Source: Dicyema japonicum
Taxonomy: Eukaryota > Animalia > Dicyemida
Direction: 5' to 3'
NCBI GenBank assembly: GCA_011109175.1
Contig: RDEW01000021.1
Coordinates: 714,589 to 778,588, forward strand
Length of the DNA: 64,000 nucleotides
This document shows, in pieces, positions 12,291 to 25,407 of the stretch (the stretch's first letter is position 1; each line of letters opens with the position of its first letter). The notes under the pieces are model-generated. The model was not told the DNA's origin. It made no database searches and saw only the letters and a program-made list of their open reading frames with translations. The position numbers were made by a program, and so were the translations under genes.

Positions 12291-13587
12291 TTACGCGTGT
12301 TACGACAATGCTGTCCACATTGTTCTTATTATCAGACAGTAATTAATCAGGAATTAATGCGCATAATTATGCCAAAGTAATTGTTGAGTGGGTTTGATTT
12401 AATAAACCACAATATTTTTAAACATAATGAACTCCTGGTCAACCACCTGTAAAGTCAAGTCCCTTCAATTTTGGGTTAGACGAGATTAGAACTCAGATTA
12501 TACGTGCATCCGACACTTTCTTTGTTCAAAACATCGGGATTCCGATATTTTCCAATTCTGTCTCTTCGTACATGCTCACGAGAAGGAAGACAAGGGTTTT
12601 CAGCCGTCACGAACACAGGTAGACAGTTCGTGTAATAGAGGTACGTCACCACATAATGTCAATCAAAGTCCTTATCGATCACTTCAGCATAATCACAATG
12701 ATTATAATTAATGTTGTTAAATGTCAATCAACCAGGACAAAACATGAGACTACAAGCTTTATTGAAAATTCAGCAGACTTTACAAGCACGTTTACCCCAA
12801 ATTTACTTTTTGGGGGGATTTCCAAGGTAACCATGAAGAGTGGTCATGGGAATTTGTGTTTAACTAATCAACAAATCCTTTAAACAATCAATCTCATCAT
12901 TCACTAGTTGTAAGGATTAGTGACTGATAAATGATCACCTTCAATGACCACCCAAAAAACCCTCAAAGCAGACTTACCAAAGTTTCTCAGATATTAAGGG
13001 GGATTGGGAGTTATCCATCTTGAGGAAATGAAAATTCTAAGCATACTAGAGCCAGGACAGCACTTAATCTTGTGATCAACTATGCTAAGTGATAAAGCCT
13101 ATATTCGCTACCCTATAGCAGATCTCTTTAGCGACTCACAAGAGACTGAGTGGAAATTCAAGAAGTTTATCAACCCATAACAGTAAAGTAGTCATCGATG
13201 TCGTTTATTTGACTACTTTTATTCAGTTAGTAGTCCAGTAACGTGGTCAACCGCGTTTATGAATACTTTTGGTTTCGCCTGTAACGTTCTACCTATTTCT
13301 TCCTAGAATGAACACATTGAGATCATAGACACCAGTAAACAGCAAAACACCCAGCCACCAATGTACTTTTATTTATGGGAAAGAAAACCTCAAATTGAGG
13401 ATAAAATTACTTGAAATTGAACCCTGCTATGGTTATGATAATTTATTATGTTACAGTTCCAAATAAAAGCAAATTAATGGTCGGAAACATCAAAGCAAAC
13501 ACATGAAAACAATTTTATAACCCATTTGGAGACAATCAAAATAAATTAATTTTATGAACACATATATTTGTAATATAATAAATATCC

Positions 13588-14559
13588 TCAGATATCCGAG
13601 TAAAGTAGTTGGATGGCTTTCACTGCTCCTTCCAGCATCATGATTCCCTTGACATCCTCAATCTCCATGTTTACGTAGTCTTTTATTTTCATACAGCACA
13701 GAGTGGGTCCATCGACCTTATTGGCGTACAATTTGTCCATTATTGACTGGGACAGGTTCATCTCCTTCAAGAACACAACGACGTCATTGGTCGACCAGGA
13801 ACCAATGTGTTTTCTCCGATAGGCCACATCCCCGTTATATAAGGCCCTTGCTCCATTGGTCAGACCAACCTTCTTCCCCATGGAATCCACCCTGACAGGG
13901 GGCACTGGATGAGACTCAGCGGGAGTTATATTGGAATTAGTGCTTTCAGAAGTCTTGATCCCATCCATATTAGCTGACCCAGAAGAACTCTTGTCATTGA
14001 ACTGGTCAATTATATTCTGGAACTTTGAAATAAAATGGGAGACCAAACCTTGTTTATGGCATTACTGTGATTATTCCTCATGTCCACAGCCGCGATGGCT
14101 GAGTCAGTGCGGATACTACTCTCAGTGGTGCTGTCAGAACTGCTATTCTTTATCATGGCTCGGTTGACAATATCTACATATGGTCATAAAGTCAATAATA
14201 CTATCAGTTTTCTCAATAAAAGCAGAATAGCTCTTTGGGAGAGCAACGTTGGGTTTTCTATACGTCCTTGTCCCAAAATAGTTAGTATTTCTAAGAATAG
14301 TCTCAGAATTGGACTCTTTTTCATTGTTCTCTGCGAACATCTTTCTGATATCCTCAACATTCTGTAATATTAGCCCAAATGGTCTCACATTGATTGCACG
14401 GCGTTTAAGGCGGTATGAAACGTCTGCCGAGTCGATAGTCTTGCCATGATTCCACGTGGAAATGTTGGAATGTAGACTTTGTCCCCCTTTACTAGATTTC
14501 TTTTCACAACAGGATGATGCTAATCCAGTAACGTACAAAAACACACCTTTGCGAAACAT
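13588..14559 (-). CDS. SAM-domain protein with low-complexity Ser/Asn-rich N-terminus
   Basis: C-terminal IGSWSTNDVVVFLKEMNLSQSIMDKLYANKVDGPTLCCM matches the SAM pattern. ORFs join via GT-AG introns 14174-14201 (28 nt) and 14023-14048 (26 nt). ATG at 14559; a further in-frame 27-nt intron near 14520-14546 is possible. Confidence 0.65.
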
Positions 14560-15157
14560 GACTACGGCGGTCGGTTGTCGGAACGAAATATAAACCGTTA
14601 AAATGCGTAAAATCGAATACGACGGCGCAAATATCAATTATATTGACAGACGCAGTATCGACCCAATTGCTAGACTTTTTTGTTTCTGTACTTTTTATTA
14701 TTTCCTTAATTGGTTAACTTCAGAGATCCTTTTGAGATCATTTGTTGATGACAACCTGTCACCATATTAATCTTTAGTTGCTTAACTTCTTTACAGCGCC
14801 TCATATGTATTCACGTCACCAACTCCACATCCTTGTAAGGTTATCGAGAATAAATGACTCTATTAGCCATATTACACTGAAACGCCAATCAGTGACCACC
14901 TCAAGTAACGCACTGAGGATGTATTGACAGACAGGAAGTAAGCCTCAACTCAATAAAGGCACAAACGTATGGAAAGGTTCCTTTCATTGAACTTGAAGGG
15001 TTAACAGATGGAAGAGACTACTCAACAAACATACAATAAAGCCTATACGCACGTAGCACTTGCAACCCCCAGTAAGTAATAACCCCAACAACGAATAATA
15101 CATAATCTTATTAACTGATTAATAAACATTCTAGACTGTTAATAAGGGGTAAAGTTA

Positions 15158-16171
15158 TTATTTTAAAGGTGTAGCTGGTCTTCCTGCTAAAACACCATCA
15201 TAGTGAAACTTCTTTTTATCACTAGGCTTCAGGATCTGGAAGGAACACATCAATGACTCATCCACCGACATGAAAGCCCCCGAATTATCAAACTCCCCAC
15301 AGTAGTTTGGAGCCGAAAACACCGTTACCAACTGCCTCTTTGCAAAGAATTCATATCCGTCTTCAACAACCTGGTGAGCACGGCAAATTAGGTCAAACTC
15401 CGTCCATTCCAAAAATCCCTGGACAGTGTCCGCTCCAAACGTGTAGGAAACCCCCCGATCGTTTTCTGCCCAACCTTGAACTTCCTTTTCGGGATCAGAC
15501 CATAACAAATCGCAGACAATCCCGTTGTCAGGAACATCATTCGGTCTCATTACGTTCCTGATTTGGTCAAGGTGCTTTAGGTCTGGACTCAGTCCTCCGT
15601 GACAACAGAAGATCTTGTCGTCAATAACAGCAGCCAATGGGAGACAGTTAAACACATCGTTGAATGTCTTCCACATTTTCACGTTGAACCGTCGTTTACA
15701 CTCGTCGTAGAACCCGTAAATTCGATTTATGCTTGTGCATTCGTGATTTCCTCGGAGAAGGAAAAAGTTTTCAGAGTATTTTATTTTATAGGCCAGGAGA
15801 AGGCAAATAGTCTCCAGTGACTGCTTCCCCCTATCAACGTAGTCCCCTAGAAAGAGGTAATTAAAGTTATCTGTCTTATTTAGGTCAAAAATGCGCAACA
15901 AATCCTGGAACTGTCCATGGATGTCACCTGGATTATCATAAAAGGGGTAAACCGCATATATTTATGGGGGACTCCAGTTCTAGGAGACATGGTTGGGACA
16001 TTATTATTTCGCGGGCTCTTGAGCAAATGATCCTAATCTCTGACTCTATTAGCTGATGTGAGGACGGTTCAGAGCCCTTTCGTCCCACTATATTGGAATA
16101 AAGCTAATTTTGTTACTTTCTGTGAGCTTTTTGATAAAGGAATCTATATCTAGTATTTCTTGGTCACTCAT
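15158..16171 (-). CDS. PPP1C: Serine/threonine protein phosphatase 1 catalytic subunit; introns 16088-16116 (29 nt) and 15928-15952 (25 nt)
   Basis: GDIHG (across intron 2), [51 protein letters not shown], and C-terminal RPATP. Confidence 0.97.
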
Positions 16172-16318
16172 TTTTCACACAAGAGTCGATATAACGAGAA
16201 TAAATATTTTATTATTTAAATGAATTAATTAATTTCTTTATTAACATTTAATATTATTTTCCAAATTATATTAATTTATTTGTATCTGTTAATTAAATCA
16301 CGCTTAGTTTGCCTTCAC
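16172..16318. promoter_or_regulatory. Putative 147-bp bidirectional promoter between PP1 and uL10m
   Basis: AT-rich spacer between divergent ATGs at 16171 (-) and 16319 (+). Confidence 0.6.
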
Positions 16319-17084
16319 ATGAAGATTCCTTCCGTTTTCTACCAGCAATTGAGATTCAGAAGGATCAACCTACGGAACCCACGTGCGCGACATTTTGACC
16401 GTCGATTGCTTGAGGCTGTGACTAAACCCATTCTGGAGCCGAACGAGCTCTCAATGGCGGAAAAGTGCAGTGTGGGGATAAGAAACAGGCGACTTAAGGA
16501 GAAACAAGAGGTTTTCTTTCTATGGCAGAGTTAGCCGAATCACTTCGAGGATTTTCTCGTGGCAAAATGCAGAGATCAGCTTAATAGGAGATTTGTTGTA
16601 GTCTGCGACGTCAAATCTCTGCCTAATCGCGCCTATCAGGACATTTGGGCTGATTGCGTCGAGAAAGGGTTCACGCTTACCTCCTTCTCTAACTATGTTT
16701 ACTTGTACCCCACTTATGAGTTATTACTTATAGAAAGGCGATCGAGGACACCGTTCTTTGTAATCTGTCCCCTTTATTCTGCGCAAAAAACTGTCTCATA
16801 GCTGCTGATAGTTTGGAGTTCGGAGAGGCCTTGACAATAATAAAGAACTCTCCATATCTATCTATTTTGGGTCACACGTTTGTTTTCTACTTTAAGGGGC
16901 CAAAGTGGACGATCAGATAATTAGAAGATCTTACTTTCTTGAATTGGCTGCTGTTAAGGATATTGGTTACCTCTATGGACAAATTTATTCCACAATAAGG
17001 TCAGTAGGTAGTTCACTGATTGAGCTGATTGCATCTCCACAGCAGCAGTTGACTCAAATCCTGGGATATTATTCTAAACAATAA
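16319..17084 (+). CDS. MRPL10: Mitochondrial ribosomal protein uL10m (MRPL10); introns 16511-16534, ~16705-16733, 16871-16896
   Basis: RINLRNPRARHFDRRLLEAVTKP resembles the invertebrate mRpL10 N-terminus. Spliced C-terminus ...NLSPLF...YLSILG|GAKVDDQII...QQQLTQILGYY parallels the uL10m fold. Confidence 0.8.
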
Positions 17085-17889
17085 TATGTGGGTTATCTCC
17101 ATGGTAACTATATTAGTTTAATCCCCCTTTTGTTTACTCCTTTTGTTAGAGAATCCTATTTGCAGTACAGATTACTAGTAATATCCTTATAAACGTTATA
17201 ACACTTGCTTAGTTTTTAGTTAACTGCGGATATTGGGGTTAACTGGGGGACACACAGGAAGTACTGGGGAATTAGATGAGCACAGTATTTTGATCGTTCC
17301 ACCTTTTTGTGTTCATCAAACGACACCACTGCAAAGTCTCATAATATTTGGTTGAAGTCGACGATGTTCCCTTTCTAGGTTAGGAGATCTTCGGCAATGG
17401 TGTGTTTCAGACGAAATTCGACCCCCAGAACTTGAGTTATTAGATGAAACTTGGATATCTGAAGTTCACCATTTCCTCCATCCACACAAGAAAGGGAAGG
17501 AGAGGTTACTTCCTTCTTAAGGGGATAAGGGCTGTGTAGTATTATAAGTCATAAATGAAATATTTTGTCTTCTCAGACTTGGTGACGGATTCAGGAGTGG
17601 AGAGTGTTAAGAGAGGCTGGGATCACCTGAATTCTGTTTATTTTGGATATGACGGTGGTTTTCAGGTTCAATAGTAATAATAATATTCTCCAAAAAGCAC
17701 AGCTAATAATAAAATGAAAAAATCCCAAAGACCTCAGTAAAGCCAAATTATCTAATCACTAGGAAGATTTTTCTCAATTAAGTCAAAAATCAATATGTTC
17801 TTTAAAATTGTTTAAAACTTATAAAAATGTAGTTTTAGTAAAAAAAATTATATTAATCATAAGTTATAAAGTCAAAAAAGTTAAAATTT

Positions 17890-20460
17890 TGGGTAATGTC
17901 AAAAAACTGAATGGTGAAGGCGTTACCTCTGAAAATCGCCATTTAGAGCTTCTACTTCAATCAGAGCCTCTCCCGTGGCTCACACCTTTTTGAGGCGAGT
18001 TTGTTTCCAATGCTGGAGAGAAAAGCGTCCGTCTTCCCTCCCACGGTTCCAGTTGTCTCCACAGCAATGGGGGTGAAATGGTATTGGTCTCCAAGGGATT
18101 CGTATTTACGGATCTTCTTGGCCTCCGCCTAGTCGGCTGCGTCTCCAAAAGAGTGCGTCGGCGTCAGCGATCGGGTTCCTGAGAAGGTGTCCACACACGT
18201 TGCGTCCAAGACGAATGATTTTCCGTGGGATTATGGGAATAACGTCATGCCATCCGGCCTCTACTCGTCGCTTCTGTCTAACAGACAGGTTCCAATTAGG
18301 CCGAAAATCCTGCGGCCTTGAGGGCTCGAAAAATGATGTCATTGAGGGCCGCGTGACGCGGGGCTCGACCAGCACTTCGGCGGCAAGAGAATGGAAGTAA
18401 GCCTTTCGTATCAACGTCCCCGCCGCAACTGCATTTGTGTCTCTGGCATATGTCCAGTCCTAGGCGCAGTGCCACCTCGACCCTCAGACTGTTTCCGTCA
18501 ACTTTTGGCAAACAAAATTTGACTGAAATTCCAAGCCCAACTCTCCCCACAACTTGCTAACTCTATCAAGCTCCTAGTCCAAGGTATGTCCGGTTGCGTT
18601 ACGTAGGACTGCTTTGACCAAGCGACTTCAGCTCGCAAGGAATGATAAGTAGGCAGACAGGGCCGTATCAAGGGGGATCTTAACTCAATGCCCCCATTTC
18701 TCGCAGGTAGTTTGCACATTGTCCAGCCCAGATCATCGATTTTGACATTCAGTATTGACTCCGTCGATCGTCTCAGAGTCCCACCAGCTGACAATAGTGC
18801 TCTCCGGTATTCAAAACATAGTGAACACCTCAAAATGTACATCATCTTAGAGATGGAAATACATTTCTTGAGCAAGAAGAAAGACACATGTTGATCCAAA
18901 GATGATACTCTCTTTGTAAAGGCTTCAATTTCATCATCCTTACTGGTAAGGCAATTTTCCAGCTCGTCGTTTCCAAGAGGGCAGCAGAGGAAGTGTGCCT
19001 TGTCCAAGGAGGATATGCGAAAACCTGGAAGTAAGGATCTGAATTCTTGGCAGGCAGCAGAAAAGCTTGGAGATATGCAGGAAATACTGATCAGTTCCGA
19101 TTTCATAACATTGACACTTAAACCCAATTGGTTTAGAGCTGGAATGGTTGAAGAAATATCCTGATATACATTCTCCCATGGGCCAGCTATTGTGGCGTCG
19201 TTTGAGTACCACAGGTTGAGTTCGCTGTTTATGTTTCGTGCCACTGTGTGAATTGTTATTGCAAAAGCAAAGACCCTAAAGGGTCTTCCTGCTGAACGCC
19301 TGTGCGTGAATAAACGATATCGTTTTCGTAAACTAAGGCTGAGTCCGTCTCATACGATAAGTGTACAAGTCGGCCAATCTCTGGAGCTCTCTTCCAACAG
19401 GTTTCCAAAATAAAGTCTCTCCTCAGCGAGTTGAAGGCATTTGATATATCAAGCTTCAGGCCTAGCCTTTGGGAATTATTGTTGTTGAAGTAACTCCTCG
19501 CGGCGTGGACTGCTGCCTCGCAACCACCGGTCACTCCCACCCCAAGTTGAGTCGGAAACAGCTCTTCAGCAACATTGTGGGAGACTCTCCGGGCAGCGAT
19601 TTTAGCAACAAGCCTTCGAAAGTATGTACTGATCGCAATTGGCAGAATGCCAATAGATGTCCACAAAAAAGAAGATCTCTAGCAAATTTTGGAATATCAC
19701 CATTAACTATTCGAGTGAGCAGCAAAGTGATAGACGTTAACAAGGCACGGCCGGCTTCAGCAGTAGCTTCGGAGGTTAAGTCCTTTACATGGCTTGGTCG
19801 CAGTCCGTCCAGACCTCCGCAGCTACTGGAAGTAAAAGACTTTGCTCCACTCACTACTTAAAATTCCGTGGGAACAAATGCCGGAAAGTCTTCTGGCGTT
19901 GTCATGTTCCGCTGGTTCGATAATGGTTTCGGTTCACTCTCTCTTGAAATGTTTTAGAATCTTCCTGTTTACACCCAGCTTCTGTAGACAACTGTTTACG
20001 CCGAAGTACTTGCTCAGCCTCGATTCATGAGTTTTGCTGCGTTGAAGTGTCCAAAAAGGCAGAAGTATTCTTCTTGATTTTTGAGGCCAGTGAACCGTTA
20101 CGAGCTTGCTCTGAGGCAGAAATTCCTAGGGTCATAGATGCAAAGCTCAGTAGACGTATCCAAGAGGCCTGGTCGCTAGTACTGATGGCGTGAGGCATCA
20201 GCAGCGGGAATTCGAGCGGCCTTTGGTATCCTCAGTGGAATCTGTCTACCTTTCCGACTCTCTGATAGGCGTAACAAAAAGGGTTCGAATTGTCCAGAAT
20301 AAGAGGGATGACTGAATTCAGCCGGATGACGGCACCGAGTGGGGGATCTGTAGATGGACGGTAAACAGAGTCAGATTTGGCCTGATTTGTTTTCTGATTT
20401 TCCTTTCTTTTTCTCTTCTTTCTTAGCACCACAACGACCTCAACGAGTAGGGTGCAATTT
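17890..20460 (-). mobile_element. Degenerate CRE-clade (R2 group) non-LTR retrotransposon with RT and restriction-like endonuclease
   Basis: PIAISTYFRRLVAK...PTQLGVGVTGGCEAAVHA...LKLDISNAFNS...GVQQEDPLG (RT). CSCGGDVD...SCRRSAGRAPRHAALNDII (Zn-knuckle plus RH motif). RPDGMT...DATCVD...KIRKY...PIAVETTG (RLE) when read across frameshifts. Confidence 0.85.
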
Positions 20461-20959
20461 CAATAATATTAAAAAAAATTTTTTACAGATAAATTTATCA
20501 TAAAGTCAAAAAAAGGTCAAAATTTCCGATTTATAAAGTCAAAATAAAATCGCCCTACTAATCACAGATTCCGAAACGTTGCAACAGTGACCTTATCTTG
20601 GGTGAACCAGATGATATGGTTGATGTGCTTTCACAATGAAAATGCAGCAAAATTATCGGATTTGTTCTAATTTTAGTGAAACATGACTCATTAAAATGAA
20701 TTTGATCAGAATTACAAATATTTAAAACTTAACGCTAATAAATACGCCAGTGTAGTTGAAAATGAGATTTCAGCCAATTTGTGGGGAGAAAATCTAACCA
20801 CCTGTCTTTAAGCGATTTTTGTCGAGTAGGTAAAATTCAAATTTGGTTGTGTCAAATTAATTCAAAATTTAATTTTAGGTAAATAAAGTCTAATTTTTAT
20901 TCACTTAATAAATTTTTTTCAATTCGTAGAGTTTTTGAATAAATAAGCCATCAAGCTTG

Positions 20960-21665
20960 GTTTTGAAACAAAAGTAGGACGCCTGGCTACACTAAAAAAA
21001 CTGCGACGAACTTGAGACTCAGTGGCTTCTCCTGTGACGCAACGTCGATTATATCGACGGAGATCATTTTTACAAAAGATATTAAACGTGACGGGTCTTT
21101 GGTTCTTGAAGAACCGTCTAATCACCATGAAAGTCACATGTTACGACGTTTACCTCATCACGAAAAGAAATATGGGCAACGGCAGATATCGACGGAGATC
21201 ATTTTTACAAGAGATATTAAACGTGACGGGTCTTTGGTTCTTGAAGAACCATCTAATCACCAGGAAAGTCACATGTAACGACGTTTACCTCATCACGAAA
21301 AGAAATATGGGCAATGCCAGAAATAAAATTGTATGATTTCCCGATCCCCATTAAGAAGACCCTTTCAATCCTTGGAGTCATCCTAGATCCTCTCCATTCA
21401 CTAATCAAGTAGACCTGGAATCCGCGAGGATACAAAAGAAAATTGGAATTCTCAAGCCTTCTACACACTCTCCAGTATCTTCCCGTCCATCGTTAGAGCT
21501 TCTATATAAACAATTTGTTCTATCGAGTTTCGAGTAAGCCTCTGCTGCATTTATTACCCCGTTATCACTATCGACACAGAGCAACCTGGAAGTGTTACAA
21601 AAACGATGTCTCCTCAGAAAAAAGACTGGTGTGGACACCGGGATTATTATTATTAACCCCAAGCT
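20960..21665 (+). mobile_element. APE-LINE RT 3' fragment, same family as 39505-40760
   Basis: GLWFLKNRL...SILGVILD..., and the 3' end GACACCGGGATTATTA matches the 40720-40740 copy. Confidence 0.8.
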
Positions 21666-22859
21666 TACAATGGTGAGACAAGCACGAACAATCATAACTA
21701 ATTAATCCAATGAAGGAACCAAAGGGAGAACATCTGCTTGTGCCGACCAATCCATCTTCCAACATTTCATTAAATGCTTCCGCTTCCAAGTGGAAAAGAG
21801 GGGAGAAAGTAGGAAAATACTATTCAACTACTGTGTCGTGCCAGAATTGACCTTTCGTGAAAACTCCATATTTCGGATTCAAACCCCGATCCAATGTCAT
21901 CAGACGTTACGTTTAGCTAGAAGGCCACCTACTTAGACGACACCGGGGTCACATAATTAGACGACAACTCTTTCTTCTTTCGTGATTTTGAGGTTAATAA
22001 ATAAAATTAATTTTTGATTAATTTTTGTGTTTTTTAATAAAATTTACAAAGTTAAAAAAACAAAAATTATAGGACTCGACATTGGATATACAAAAATCCA
22101 CACTCTAGGAAGAATGTGGTCGAAAACTGAAATTATAGTATCTTGATCTACTATGAGTTTAATTTTTAATCGACTAAATGTTACTATCTCTCCTAGGACT
22201 AAGGTCAATGTGAATAGAGTGAAGCGTTATATAAAAGATGCTTCACGCGACCCATAAGAGTTAGTCACATAGCCACACTTGAATCTGTTCAGCCGAATTC
22301 TAAGAATGAGTCAGAGCACCTCACTAAATGTCATCATTGNTTTTTAATCGACTTAATGTTACTATCTCTCCTAGGACTAAGGTCAATGTGAATAGAGTGA
22401 AGCGTTATATAAAAGATGCTTCACGCGACCTATAAGTGTTAGTCACATAGCTAGACTTGAATCTGTTCAGCCGAATTCTAAGAATGAGTCAAAGCACCTC
22501 ACTAAATGTCATCTTTAAGGACTACTTTGTAGCATCTGAGGAAAGATTCCGTTGTAGCATGAGAAGATAGACGTTTTACGAAATTCTTAATGATGATCTC
22601 AGGCTGGTAAGGAAAACACCAAGGGATGGTGAAGATCTTAATGTTTTTAGGAGTCTGTCATCAAACAGAGGAAAGATCGGTAACCCGGATCTTCCGAGCA
22701 CGGCGCACATAGAATCATCGTAATGTTTTATAGATGCGACGTGGAATCAAAATAAATCAGAAAACTAAAAAATGAAATTAATTTTAATTCTCCAGTTGAT
22801 CCCCATCCATATCTGAGTGATTATTATTAATAAGCCAAAAAACACCAGGTAAAACTAAT

Positions 22860-23330
22860 TAAAAAAACGCCATCAGGTGATCCCGGCTTCTCTAAGCAAT
22901 ATTATCATCTTTTCCAGATGTCGCTCTCGTGAACCGACACATTTTCGATGACACCGTTCTTCTGCCGGTTTTCCATTTTGGGTGAATATTCCGTCGGAAT
23001 TTTTCACAAGGACCTCAACTGGGGTTGCCCTTTTTGGTAGTCCTATGATTCTAGAGATTGTTTTGGTCATATCGGATACGGCGGAGTTGATCTTATCCTT
23101 GTTTGTTCTGGCAAGTTTTGTCCCCCAAGCTGCACATTCATACCTTATAGTTGGTTAGATGAATTGAGTGTATAACGTTTATGATGAACGGATTGAGGAT
23201 CCTTTAAATTTTTGGACGTGATCAGCTTCCTGTGAGTTTCAACGGCGGTTGGTTAAAAAATGAATTGTTCACCGAGACATTCGCATTTCTTCTTCTTTAG
23301 GGTCTCAGCCTTTTCAGAAGTTGAGGCTGG
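22860..23330 (-). mobile_element. APE-LINE 3' end fragment
   Basis: RVYTQFIQPTIRYECAAWG...; ends with GAAGCCGGGATCACCTGA. Confidence 0.65.
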
Positions 23331-23391
23331 GTGAGTTACTGTAATAGCAAGGTTGGAGGGAGAAGTCGTCCATGAAACCGATATGGATACC

Positions 23392-23721
23392 TCAGCACTG
23401 ATGACCATTAATATCAAAGAGAATAGCTTTAATTTTGTACAGTAAAGCCATAATTATTAGAAATAATCCCGAAAGAAATCCCATTAAGATCAAAGTTAGC
23501 CAGAATAAAACAGAAAATTCTTGGTTCATCCACTTCATAAGACAGAAAATTCTACAAATCCTCCGGAATTGCTTCCTGTGGGTACTTAAATCCCATAAAT
23601 ATGAAGAATGGCATTTGTTTCGTTGTCTCGTGTGTCGAATTGTTGTAATCAAAAACAATTTTTTAAATGAAGAACATAACTCACAAACTCTCCACTGGAA
23701 GCGGATGTGGAGGATATCCAT
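23392..23721 (-). CDS. Possible small protein with a C-terminal transmembrane helix
   Basis: 109-aa ATG ORF with hydrophobic FSVLFWLTLILMGFLSGLFLIIMALLY. No homology recognised; may be spurious in AT-rich DNA. Confidence 0.25.
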   Translation of the reverse strand: MDILHIRFQWRVCELCSSFKKLFLITTIRHTRQRNKCHSSYLWDLSTHRKQFRRICRIFCLMKWMNQEFSVLFWLTLILMGFLSGLFLIIMALLYKIKAILFDINGHQC

Positions 23722-24034
23722 TTTTTTATTGATTGGTTAAATCTAAATTTATAATTTCTTTTTTTGCCTCTCTACTTGACCTTGTATCCGTAGAGAATGC
23801 GGTCTACCAAAAACATATATGACTCAAAACTACATTAGCATGTTGGTCATCAATAACAAAAACCATCAGTGTTAATAAAAGCGTGCTAAATATTTTTTTA
23901 GTTAATTAAAATTAATTATTATTAAGAAACAATTTATATATTGGAAACTAAGTATTTTGATACTGTATCTATTCTTAAATTTTATTTTCTTCCAAAAAAC
24001 TCAAAAAAGTGATTGTTAAAATAAAAAAATATAT

Positions 24035-25400
24035 GCAGTAAACTCTCTCAAATATGCCACTCAAATTTGCCAATTATGAAATTTGCCAACATTTAAAAAA
24101 ATTATTTTTATTTTTAAATTTTTTTTTATTTTTTATTTTAAATAATTCATTTATTTTTCAAAACAACAAAAAATTATTTATTAACTATGGGGAGAGCGGA
24201 TGCTGACATTACGGAGTAAGCGTTTCTACGGACAACTGCGATCCCAATTCGTTGCCTTAGCCAGACCACTTCCCGCACGTCTTTTCTACGGTGGGTCAAT
24301 TTCCCCCCGATTTCCTTTAGGAAAGAGGTTGTTTTTTTTTTAATATTTTCAAAAATTTAAATAATTTAAAGCAAGCATGTGTCGGATTGTTCCTGTTGGA
24401 GGACATTCAATCGTTCAAAAAGTGGAATATTGCGGTATAAAGAAACCACTAAATCAGCTTCATGTCAGACGATATTCAACAGATTTTCTTTTATTTTTAA
24501 AGAGAATTTCAAGGACAGTCAATGCAATATAATGAATGCAGAATCGATTTTATTTAAGTTCAAGAACAGAAATCCTAAACTAAAAACTTGTAAAAATAAA
24601 ATACCCGGAGCTTGATGAAAATGATTGGATGGATTCAATGGAATCAAAAGGTACACTATTTACTCTAACATTTAAGGTGCTTTATTGAACGATTCTCAAT
24701 ATTACATAAGGCAGAATTTTTAGATAAAGAACTTTTATAGCGATATTGGAATGCGAAAGAACTCAGTATATCGATCATATTTTTATTAGCACTTTCACGA
24801 GAGCCATAATATTTATAGCCCCGCATGTGTAGATGAGTCATATAAGAAGTTAAATATTAGGGATACTGTATTGTTTGTAAAAATGGCATGGGAAGATGTG
24901 AAATCTCAAATAATTTCAAATAATATTTATAGCCCCGCATGTGTAGATGAGTCATATAAGAAGTTAAATATTAGGGATACTGTATTGTTTGTAAAGATGG
25001 CATGGGAAAATGTGAAATCTCAAATAATTTCAAACTGTTTTAAACTTATAGAACTTACAGAATGCGAATTAGAACTTACTAACATGAATGTAACAGGGGA
25101 AATCGTATCCAGAACAGATATTTATGATCCTATTGAAATATAAGAATTTATTTCAACTGACTACAGATCAACGGAGGCAATTGATAAAGAGGAGACTTAA
25201 TTGCTATTAGGGAACAAGAAGAACCCGGTTGTGTAGAAGTACATGAGTCATTAAACAAGGATGAAATACTTTTAAAATTAAGAGAGATTGAAAATTATCT
25301 TCTAGAAAACATTGAAACTGACAATGATGCACAATTCATTACTTCAATAAGAAGAAATAAAAAAAATATTAAAATTTCTAATAAGAGGGAATTGAGTATT
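24035..25400 (+). mobile_element. pogo/Tigger-like transposase remnant
   Basis: LFVKMAWENVKSQIISNCFK matches the DDE_1 C-terminal AW..V...I.NCF motif. CAGTAAACTCTC at ~24038 resembles a pogo-type terminus. Confidence 0.6.
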
Positions 25401-25407
25401 ACTTTAA

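Noticed and set aside
17740-17930. Spliced-leader RNA gene as the CRE target
   Set aside because: No recognisable leader, donor or Sm-site arrangement in either flank.
21855-21910. Hammerhead ribozyme on the minus strand (CTGATGA...GAAA)
   Set aside because: Stem II does not start with the required G-C pair next to the core, and stems I and III cannot be formed. The same applies to CTGATGA hits near 970, 2235 and 30006.
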